From: an uncultured Coxiellaceae bacterium
GTDB lineage: Bacteria; Pseudomonadota; Gammaproteobacteria; DSM-16500
Length of the DNA stretch: 64,000 nt
NCBI GenBank assembly: GCA_964623075.1
Contig: CAZUVD010000006.1
Coordinates: forward strand, 333-64,332
Reading direction: 5' to 3'
A program made the translations under genes and the position numbers. Shown piece after piece: positions 1-7,277 of this stretch; the first letter of the stretch is position 1; each line of letters opens with the position of its first letter. The notes under the pieces are model-generated. The model did no database searches and was not told where the DNA came from. It saw only the letters and a program-made list of their open reading frames with translations.

Positions 1-11
1 CGCCCGCCCCC

Positions 12-803
12 GTGGACCCGCTCGCCCTGACGAACGGCAAGCGAGACGCCGCCCCCTGGCCCGCCTTCCGATCCCAGCTGGAGCTCTCCCCCTCGATCCT
101 CGCCCGCCGGGCACAGCAGCAGCACCGCCGCACGATGGCCGCAGCCCGAGCGCAGTACCGCAGCGACTTTCGCAGCTACTTCGGCCGACGCCCCCTGGCC
201 CCCGCACCGGACGCCTACCGCTACACCATGCCCGCCGCCCTCCCCGGCACCGTGACCAACGCCGACGCCCTCCACATGGCCCTGTCCACCATCGGCGCAG
301 CCCCCGAAGAACGCACCCAGCGCGTCACCCTGAACTACCCCGACCGCAGCGTGACGAACCCCGCACGCATGACCGTTGGCACCGTCCCCGTGATCGCCCA
401 CCCTGGCGCAGTCCCACGCCCCCTCGACCCGTCCGCCATCGGCCCCCAGGTGATCGCACAGCCAGGGGAGACGCTGTGGCTCAACGCTGGCCGATGGACC
501 GACGAGCACGGCCCCGACGGAGGAGAGGTCACCCGCCGCATCAGCCTCGACATCGACGGCAAGCCCGCCCCCCGAGGCGGACGAGGCAAGCAGGCTCAGC
601 GCCCCAGCACCGTCCCCCCTGGCGCACTCCGGACCCCGACCGAGGTCACTACCACCAACGGCCCCGCCCGCTTGTGGGTATGGCAGGACCAGCACGGCAC
701 CATCCAGAGCCGCACCATGAGCGGACACGACGCCCACCCCACACCGCGTGCCCTGGCCGCACTGCGCCGCCGCTACTTCACAGAGAAGGGGGCGACCCTG
801 TAG
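12..803 (+). CDS. Hypothetical Pro/Arg-rich protein in the high-GC left end (true start may lie upstream of the window)
   Basis: 263-codon ORF with strongly G/C-ending codons; ends ...EKGATL*; followed by a 15-bp inverted repeat. Confidence 0.6.
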   Translation: MDPLALTNGKRDAAPWPAFRSQLELSPSILARRAQQQHRRTMAAARAQYRSDFRSYFGRRPLAPAPDAYRYTMPAALPGTVTNADALHMALSTIGAAPEERTQRVTLNYPDRSVTNPARMTVGTVPVIAHPGAVPRPLDPSAIGPQVIAQPGETLWLNAGRWTDEHGPDGGEVTRRISLDIDGKPAPRGGRGKQAQRPSTVPPGALRTPTEVTTTNGPARLWVWQDQHGTIQSRTMSGHDAHPTPRALAALRRRYFTEKGATL

Positions 804-830
804 CCCCTGGCCCACAACAGAACGAAGCGC

Positions 831-864
831 GGAACGGTCCCTAGCAATCGCTAGGGACCGTTCC
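831..864 (+). terminator. Perfect 15-bp hairpin after the first ORF
   Basis: ggaacggtccctagc-aatc-gctagggaccgttcc; U-tract is weak, as is common in actinobacterial terminators. Confidence 0.6.
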
Positions 865-946
865 CGTTTCCGAAGTCAGCAGGATTCCCGCCCACTAGTG
901 ACGGCAACGCCACACCGGCCCGCCGCACGCACAAGGAGCACAGACC

Positions 947-1504
947 ATGACCGCAACCACAACCGCCGACGCACCCGCCGTCGACCTCGATCCGCTGGCC
1001 GAATGGCTCGCCACGTTCACCGACGACCGGGAGCGCAGCGCCGCCGTCCACAAGTTGGATCGCCTCGCTGGCGCCGCCTTCCTGGCCGACATGCTGGACA
1101 CGTTCGCCGACGAGGTGAACCCGTTCGGCGTCATCGTCGGCCTGAACCGTGGCACCGGACGGGACGACCTCCCGAAGTGGGTCGCCGTGCCGATGACCAC
1201 CGCACGCAAGTCTGGGAACATCGGCACCGGCGCCCTCATCGATGCCCATGACACCGTCACCGGGATCATGGTCGTCGACGGGACCAACCTGGCGCTGTTC
1301 ACCGGCAGCAGCTTGCCCACCGTCCCCCAGGGGAGCTTGTCGGCCTCGCAGCGCCTGGCGACCCGCACCGTCGCCGGTCACCAGGGGCAGCACGATGCCA
1401 TCATCGCCGTCAAGCTCGCGGACAACGATGGCCGTATCCCCTGGCGGATCGACCTCAAGCCCCAGAGCGGACCGCGGGGAGCCAGCAAGAAGGCGACGCT
1501 CTAG
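947..1504 (+). CDS. Hypothetical protein (high GC)
   Basis: AAGGAG RBS upstream of ATG; G/C-ending codon bias; ends ...KKATL*. Confidence 0.8.
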   Translation: MTATTTADAPAVDLDPLAEWLATFTDDRERSAAVHKLDRLAGAAFLADMLDTFADEVNPFGVIVGLNRGTGRDDLPKWVAVPMTTARKSGNIGTGALIDAHDTVTGIMVVDGTNLALFTGSSLPTVPQGSLSASQRLATRTVAGHQGQHDAIIAVKLADNDGRIPWRIDLKPQSGPRGASKKATL

Positions 1505-1519
1505 CCCCTGGCGCTAGAA

Positions 1520-1557
1520 GTAAAGGGTAGAGGAAATTTCTTTCCTCTACCCTTTAC
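1520..1557 (+). terminator. Perfect 17-bp hairpin at the high-GC/low-GC boundary
   Basis: gtaaagggtagaggaaa-tttc-tttcctctaccctttac. Confidence 0.6.
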
Positions 1558-1705
1558 CCGCGTGTAGAGAGAGAGCTCTATTCGGGAGAAAGTTTCCCGT
1601 TGACGGGAAAACTCTCTTTGTTACTTTCCATAGGTACAGTTCTATGGTGCTTATTACGGGCCTTCTAGATGGGCCTCTAATTAGCTCTATAGGAAGGTGC
1701 TTGGT

Positions 1706-1852
1706 ATGTACGATTTCCTTTGGGACTGCGTAGATGCAAGTTCCAATTACGGCGTTTTGGATACGATGGAGTATTCGAATCGCTTGGTTACGATCGGTAC
1801 ATTCGATGGTTTGTCCTGGGCAGCAATTGCCATGATGGGCCAGGGTTACTGA
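1706..1852 (+). CDS. Micro-ORF, 48 aa (MYDFLWDCVDAS...GQGY), below the ORF-track cutoff
   Basis: AGGAAGGT RBS upstream; open frame read by hand. Confidence 0.55.
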   Translation: MYDFLWDCVDASSNYGVLDTMEYSNRLVTIGTFDGLSWAAIAMMGQGY

Positions 1853-1890
1853 TTACTAAGGATTAACTCTAACCTGCGAATTAGAGTTGC

Positions 1891-1942
1891 GGGAATGAAT
1901 GGATTGATGGTCCATATTTCAGGTTCGAATCCTGACATTTCC
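1891..1942 (+). ncRNA. Mini tRNA-like element (acceptor stem, D-like arm, T arm, no anticodon arm)
   Basis: gggaatg/catttcc stem; atgga-ttgatgg-tccat hairpin; canonical T arm tcagg-ttcgaat-cctga. Confidence 0.6.
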
Positions 1943-2080
1943 TCGAAGGAATAACGGGCTAGAATCCTAGCGAAATCTAGGACACAGCAAAATAATGCCT
2001 CCTTGTGGTATTGAGGGGTAGACGCTGTTGGTGCTGTCATTGAATACGTTATTCCCTTTCGCTACTTAGGAGGTTCCCGA

Positions 2081-2489
2081 ATGTGGGGATTCCGCAAAAA
2101 GGAAAAGAAGAAGGATCGTTCACTGGAACGGAAGATTCGTGAGAACTTCTACGAGAACCTGTTGAACGTTCCTCTGGATGAAAGGATGATGTGATGGTCG
2201 CTGTGAATCCTTGGGTTCGTTGTGATTGTGGAAAGATCCATGTCACTTCGATCGTTGGTTTCGTGTCCAAGTGCAGTTGTGGTCGAAAGATCATCAACAA
2301 TCACTGAAAGGTGAAAACATGATGGTCACTCTGACCGAATCGGAAGTTCCTCGATTCAATGTTGGAGGAATCCGCATTGATCGCAGCAACATGGGAGCGT
2401 TGGGAATTGTGTTTCGATTCTCGACAGAGGATGGATTCATTCTGCTCTCTGCGAATGAGATTGCAGCGATGATTGAGGAAAAGAAGTAA
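2081..2489 (+). CDS. Three coupled micro-ORFs: 2081-2194 (basic, 37 aa), 2194-2307 (CxC...CxC Zn-ribbon-like, 37 aa), 2319-2489 (56 aa)
   Basis: RBSs AGGAGGT, GAAAGGA and GAAAGGT; TGATG stop/start overlap at 2192-2196. Confidence 0.6.
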
Positions 2490-2551
2490 CTCGTTAGGGC
2501 GAGTATAAACAGTGGATTAAGCCCTAAGCGTCGGCATTAGGCCGGGTTCCA
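2489..2551 (+). ncRNA. Pistol self-cleaving ribozyme #1
   Basis: P1 actcg/cgagt with loop ttaggg; ATAAA; P2 tgga/tcca; ttaag-ccctaa (pseudoknot)-GCG; P3 tcggc/gccgg; G2546-U2547 cleavage dinucleotide; matches the published pistol consensus. Confidence 0.9.
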
Positions 2552-2897
2552 AGCTTGTAAAGTTGGAATACCAGAACATTAACAGTTCTGGTTCAGACAA
2601 ACAGGGTAAACCTTAGTGGACGAAACGCTGTATAAGTCCTATGGTTAAGCCCGAACAAAGAATGAATCATAATGAGTTTCGCTAAGTTCTCTAAAAACTT
2701 GGAGTGGGAGCTACTTAGTGCCAATTGAAAACAAATTCCCTGTATCGGGAAATAAACAATAGATCCGAGTAGGGTGCGATAGTCCACTAACAGGTTGACC
2801 GGGAAGTCGTTAAACTAACGTGCTAGGAGAAAGACCTAGCGTTAGATGGTGGACGTTACGCTGGTCCTAGTAACCATCTTCCGAATAGAGAATCAGC

Positions 2898-2925
2898 CGT
2901 CCTGAACATGACGATAAACTGTTCA
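2898..2925 (+). ncRNA. Compact H-type pseudoknot (repeat family with 5517-5558 and 32257-32285)
   Basis: cgtc-ctgaacat-gacg-ataaac-tgttca; loop tgaaca pairs with downstream tgttca. Confidence 0.65.
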
Positions 2926-3371
2926 TAACCCTTGACCCTGATACGTCAATAAACTATGTCTAATATCTCCCGGTGATTCTTAATAACTCGGGATATGTTA
3001 CCAGTCAGCAGAAGAATTGGCTGTCAGAGTGTAGCCTGAAAGAAATGTGACAGAATGGCGTAAGCTCTGGATTGAAAGCTGTCACCTCCCTAATCCGAAA
3101 CGGTATCTGTGCGAAAGCCTTAGTACGTTGTCGGATACGGATTCCTCTGGTTTCTTCTTTAACTCACCGGCAGATTTCCGAAATTGTGCTAGTAGGTGCG
3201 AAATAACGCCGAAACCACAATTATCGGAATAACTAGGCCGAAACGGAAGAGAGTAGATACATTCGGTTCAGCGTCAAGCTGGATAGGGAGCTAAGGGAAT
3301 TGTAGGTTCGCAGGTGGTTGGGGTAAGCCCTGGTAATTCCACCGCCTACAATTCCCTGTTCGAAAAACCTA

Positions 3372-3540
3372 GACTTTGAAAAAGTTGACCTTTAAAAAAG
3401 TTAACTTTAGAAAAGTTTAGTTTAAGAAGTTGGTGTGTTTAAAAAGCCAGCTTTGAAAAGTAGTCTTTAGAAAAGTTAGTTCTTTGAAAAGTAGTCTTTA
3501 GAAGAGGCTGCTTTAAGAGGATCTGGCTTTAAGAAAGGGA
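3372..3540. repeat. Tandem array of about 11 imperfect 13-17 bp units with core (c)tttRRaaaag
   Basis: ctttgaaaaagttgac, ctttaaaaaagttaa, ctttagaaaagtttag, ctttgaaaagtagt (twice), ctttagaaaagttagtt and further degenerate copies. Confidence 0.8.
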
Positions 3541-3542
3541 TT

Positions 3543-3665
3543 ATGGACATCGACAAGATTGCCAAGAAGTTGAACAACGGTGAGCGAATCACCGTTGAGG
3601 AATTCTGCGCCATCGAAACGTGGCGATCCGCCGAACGGGAGCGTATGCGCCGTTTGCGGTACTGA
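3543..3665 (+). CDS. Micro-ORF, 40 aa (MDIDKIAKKLNNGERITVEEF...)
   Basis: AAAGGGA RBS; G/C-ending codons. Confidence 0.65.
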   Translation: MDIDKIAKKLNNGERITVEEFCAIETWRSAERERMRRLRY

Positions 3666-3677
3666 ATTCCAAAAGTC

Positions 3678-3762
3678 TCCACTTGTCCGGTGGATTATAT
3701 AACTGATAAGTTCAAGTGTGACAGCCTGAATGAAACAGTAAGGGGTCGTCAACCCTGGATAC
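3678..3762 (+). ncRNA. Unnamed structured RNA motif A, copy 1
   Basis: tccact-tgtcc-ggtgga ... actgataa[hairpin]gaaacagt[hairpin]ggatac; same layout at 11623 and 18944. Confidence 0.75.
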
Positions 3763-4140
3763 TCTAGGCCAGAGTATAAAGGCTCAGCAATGTTTCCTTT
3801 TATCTTGGAAACTTCGCCCCTGCCCATTTTGAATCGTGGGAGGAAAACATCCTTAGCGGGATGTAAATCAGGGTTAGGGTTTAATCAACCTTAGATGAGG
3901 GTAGATAGCACTAGGGATCAGTGCGCTTATGTATGATGCATAAGAGATATGCGGTTATCGTGAACCGACCTACCCACTATTCTTTGGCAGAATTAAAATG
4001 CACCACGCTGTTAGTAGCGGATGACTAGGTTGGTGGTTTACCTAATACCATTCCCGATGTAAACCGTGTCGGTCAGCTTTAACGGTTATTTTAGGGAGAG
4101 TAATGGACTCCTACGCCCGAAAGGGATAGACCAAACAATC

Positions 4141-4278
4141 AAACCATTTAATGGGAAAGTGTCTAGGTTAGTAGAATTAGTGGCTAATCCGTAGAGTTTG
4201 TACGGTAGGCATTAGGGAATGAGAGTAAAATCTCCCCTAGACACAGTGCAGTGATTGCAAAGGGTTTAGGCTGCACAC
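4141..4278 (+). ncRNA. Unnamed structured RNA motif B, copy 1
   Basis: atgggaaa-gtg[stem]cac-a-gtgcag-tga...agggtttagg-ctgcac; second copy at 6325-6425. Confidence 0.65.
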
Positions 4279-4532
4279 TAATAAGTTAAGCTGCCTGATA
4301 AGTACCAGCAATGGCAGTGTATGCGATAATTAAAGGCTGGTGCCGGTTATGTTCCCCCGGTTTAACAAAGGGAACCCAATCGAAAGATAGGTAAAAAGGT
4401 AAATGGTTTGGTGGTTTATGCCTTCCTTAAAACCACCACAGTTTGGGTCTAGCACTAGATAAGAGTGAAACGGCCAGCAGAGTGATAGCGGTACACCACC
4501 CAAACTAAGTTCGCTTTAGAAAGGTAGAAACA

Positions 4533-4739
4533 ATGGCAACTTGTCGTTGTCCGATGTGTGGTTCGAAGAACGCTTCCAAGAAGTGTAAGGACAGGAAGCT
4601 TTACCACGCTTACGGCGTTGGTCGTAGTGAAGATAACCGTTCTTGGGATTGCGGTTTCAATCGTGATTCCGAGCGTCGTTTGCTTCGTCGTAGGATGAAG
4701 CAGGATTTGAACAATCAGATCAACGAACAGTTGGACTGA
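4533..4739 (+). CDS. Small basic Cys-containing protein (CRCPMC)
   Basis: GAAAGGT RBS; 68 aa ORF. Confidence 0.7.
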   Translation: MATCRCPMCGSKNASKKCKDRKLYHAYGVGRSEDNRSWDCGFNRDSERRLLRRRMKQDLNNQINEQLD

Positions 4740-4895
4740 AACCTTCGGCTAGGACAGTGCAGTGCAGCAGTGCAGTACCTGTACCCTCCACAGGGTAAGG
4801 ATACAGAGAGAGAAAGATATATCTCTGTATGTGGACCGACACCACCAGGTACTACTATGCGGAAAATATCCGCAGAAGAAAAGGAATGGCGAACC

Positions 4896-5147
4896 GTGCG
4901 CAATACGGATCGTATCCAAAAGTCCCTGAATTCGGAACTGACCGATCTGCGAGAATTCGTGGATCAGGAAGGGAATCCGATCACCTTCTTCACCGCATGG
5001 GAAATCATGCGGACCACAGGGAACTACGTCATGGCCAAGGACGGAAACGGAACTTGGCATCGAGTGTCGCTCCAGGGGCAAACCGAATACAAGGAAGCGT
5101 GCCCGGAAGAAGAAGCGGGAGAGATAAACTCGTCAGAGCGAGTATAA
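4896..5147 (+). CDS. Hypothetical protein (GTG start), 83 aa
   Basis: AAGGAA RBS 9 nt upstream of GTG in the 4770..5147 frame; the 3' end overlaps pistol #2. Confidence 0.6.
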   Translation: MRNTDRIQKSLNSELTDLREFVDQEGNPITFFTAWEIMRTTGNYVMAKDGNGTWHRVSLQGQTEYKEACPEEEAGEINSSERV

Positions 5148-5198
5148 ACAGACCTTTAGGCTCTGAGCGGTTCCAAACTTTAAGTTTGGAACGTGGGT
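5128..5198 (+). ncRNA. Pistol self-cleaving ribozyme #2
   Basis: P1 actcg/cgagt with loop tcagag; ATAAA; P2 acct/gggt; ttagg-ctctga (pseudoknot, covaries with copy 1)-GCG; P3 gttccaaac/gtttggaac; G5193-U5194 cleavage site. Confidence 0.9.
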
Positions 5199-5689
5199 GC
5201 AAATCCTCGGTTTAGAAAGAACCGAAAAAAGCAGTAAGTTGGTTGGTAAGTCAAGTCTGGTTGGGAGCCATAATCCCGTAAATAGCCTTTCCAGAGCTTA
5301 CAGAATACTGTAAAAGAGAGCTTTCTACTCTCTACTCACTGTTGGGATTTAGAAGCTTAAAGGTGAATAATCTCACAGCCTTTAAGTGGGAAGCCAAAGT
5401 GTGAGACTAGGGTAAGCTATTACCCTCGTAACCCAAAGGATTTAGCGGTCCTAAATAGCACCTAAACTTCCTAACTATTCGTGGCGTGTTTCGTAGCGGA
5501 TTGGTTAGGCTTTTAAGTGCTGAGCATGATCCAGAACATCGGCCACAGAAAACTGCTCTGAGTTATAAAGGTGCGCTGACTTTGCAAGGTCAGCCATGTC
5601 TTAAATCTACTGCTAGTCGTTTGGGAGTGGGAGAAATCCTGCGGAGGCTAGAGCTTAAGAAACTTGGGTAGAGCCTTTATAACGAAAAT

Positions 5690-5762
5690 TCGGCATTAGT
5701 GTAAATGGTAGCACGCTCCTAAAAGCTTTGGAGTAGAACAGGTTCAAATCCTGTATGCTGAA
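5690..5762 (+). ncRNA. tRNA-like RNA with a non-canonical anticodon arm
   Basis: Acceptor tcggcat/atgctga; D arm gtgt-aaatggta-gcac; T arm acagg-ttcaaat-cctgt; anticodon arm ctcc/ggag encloses 10 nt with no canonical 7-nt loop. Confidence 0.7.
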
Positions 5763-6324
5763 CTATGGAAACTGCACGTTTAACGCGGTGACCAGAACAA
5801 CAAAGATCCTTTGAACGGGAAACAACAAACACACTGGGTTCCCTGGCCGAAAGGTTAGTCCTAAAGTGGGCATTATCTCGGTGAATAATGTTTGGCAGAA
5901 GTGCTCGGAATGAGGGGAGTTGTCTTACTAAGCGCAAGTTTGAAAGAAGTGCCACGACGAAGTTACGCAACCTTGCCGCGTTTGATAAACGACTTCTAAA
6001 AGTGGATTACTACTCTAGTAATTGACATGACTTTTACTAGAGAGTGATTGAAACCAATTACCGAGTATAAACCCTTCGCAAATGTTGGGGAGTGAATCGG
6101 AATAACATGATAAGGTTGGTTTGCGAATCACAATTAGACTACGGTACCGTCTTGGCTATGGCATCCAAGATAGCGGTCACGATGAATCCGTAGACTGTTA
6201 ACAAGAGTAGTGTGATGTTAACATTAAATAGTGCCTACATTTGCGGCCTAGTAGTAAATGCGTTGGAGATGCTAGCGTAACATCTTTCCCCCAGCCTGTC
6301 GGATAAAGCTGGAATGATAACCGT

Positions 6325-6425
6325 CCACCTAAAAATGGGAAAGTGGTGTAGGTAATAAATCGGGTAAACCTGTGGATAACACAGTACCTAAGCCACAGTG
6401 TAGTGAGTAGGGTTTAGGCTACACA
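6325..6425 (+). ncRNA. Unnamed structured RNA motif B, copy 2
   Basis: atgggaaa-gtgg...ccac-a-gtgtag-tga-gt-agggtttagg-ctacac; compensatory gtgcag/ctgcac to gtgtag/ctacac change. Confidence 0.65.
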
Positions 6426-6455
6426 TGTATCGGGAAGTCATGACCCCGAGAAAAT

Positions 6456-6570
6456 TCAGCATTAGTATAAAGGGAATAACAGTGAGTCTGTAGTGAACAG
6501 ATTAGCTGCCCATTGGTAATGCATCCCAGCATTCACTGGGAAGATAAAGGTTCAAATCCTTTATGCTGAA
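6456..6570 (+). ncRNA. tRNA-like RNA paralogous to 5690-5762, with a multi-hairpin insert replacing the anticodon arm
   Basis: Acceptor tcagcat/atgctga; T arm aaagg-ttcaaat-ccttt; shares aaaattcRgcattagt...atgctgaact flanks with 5690-5762. Confidence 0.65.
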
Positions 6571-6605
6571 CTCAGCGGAAATGCCGCTTTAGAAGGGTTA
6601 GTGCA

Positions 6606-6890
6606 ATGAGTGCAGACAACTATCTTTGCATTCGTAAGAGTGGTGAAAAGTTCGTGGTAACAAACGAGTCTTTCTCTGCTTTCCCAGACTGCAAAGAAAC
6701 AGTCGAAGTTGCAATAGATCGTATTCTCAACGGAACCGGTCCCGATATGATGCACAAAGCAAAGTTCGGGGGATATGGTGAAGGTGTGTTTGATTCGATC
6801 GAACAAACCGAAGCCTATGTCGATTCGATCTATGAATCGAATGAGGATCGTTGTTGGCCCGAGTATGGGCCAGAATGGAGTTTGTCATGA
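6606..6890 (+). CDS. Hypothetical protein
   Basis: GAAGGG RBS; ATGA overlap with the next gene. Confidence 0.7.
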   Translation: MSADNYLCIRKSGEKFVVTNESFSAFPDCKETVEVAIDRILNGTGPDMMHKAKFGGYGEGVFDSIEQTEAYVDSIYESNEDRCWPEYGPEWSLS

Positions 6891-7264
6891 TCATCGTAAT
6901 TGATGATGAGAGAACATTCGCTTGGTATGGTGCTGGTCGTGGAGAAATCCGTTATGCCAGGACTTCATCCGAGGGGATTGTTTCCATTGCGAAAGCATGG
7001 ACGAATTTCTCTCTCCGATACGGGGACATGGTTGATCTTTATCTTGACCATGATCTTGGAGAGAATGATACCATCATGCCAGTTGTGGACTTTCTTTACT
7101 CTGCTGCAAATGTAGAGGCAAAGGGTTCCATTACTGGACTTACGATGTTTATTCAGAACATCTACATCCATTCGCAGAATCCGACAGCAGGAGATACAAT
7201 CATTCCTTTGCTGTCACCGCTTTACAACAATGTGCAGAGAATTGCACTACCCCAACTAGTCTGA
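6887..7264 (+). CDS. Cyclic-phosphate-processing receiver-domain protein (cREC-like)
   Basis: Motifs IxIDDER, LYLDHDLG and IHSQNP, typical of this stand-alone receiver family found near RNA-repair genes. Confidence 0.75.
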   Translation: MIIVIDDERTFAWYGAGRGEIRYARTSSEGIVSIAKAWTNFSLRYGDMVDLYLDHDLGENDTIMPVVDFLYSAANVEAKGSITGLTMFIQNIYIHSQNPTAGDTIIPLLSPLYNNVQRIALPQLV

Positions 7265-7277
7265 AAGGACAGAGAAA

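Noticed and set aside
3372-3540. CRISPR array
   Set aside because: Units are short, degenerate and abutting, with no unique spacers; no cas genes are visible
3702-3739. Hammerhead ribozyme call for CTGATAA...GAAAC (also at 11679 and 19003)
   Set aside because: G8 of CUGANGA is absent, no stem I/III or NUH site can be built, and ACTG/CAGT pair with each other instead; kept as an unnamed motif
4090-4130. Fluoride riboswitch (gactcctac-like segment)
   Set aside because: The required upstream GATGGAGTTC-type pairing segment is missing
4829-5215. Alternative 128-aa ORF
   Set aside because: It overlaps the frame with better codon usage (4896-5147) and would run through the pistol cleavage site
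1891-6570. tmRNA
   Set aside because: The tRNA-like pieces at 5690 and 6456 lack the G3-U70 Ala acceptor; the 1891 element has G3-U70 but is closed within 52 nt with no tag reading frame
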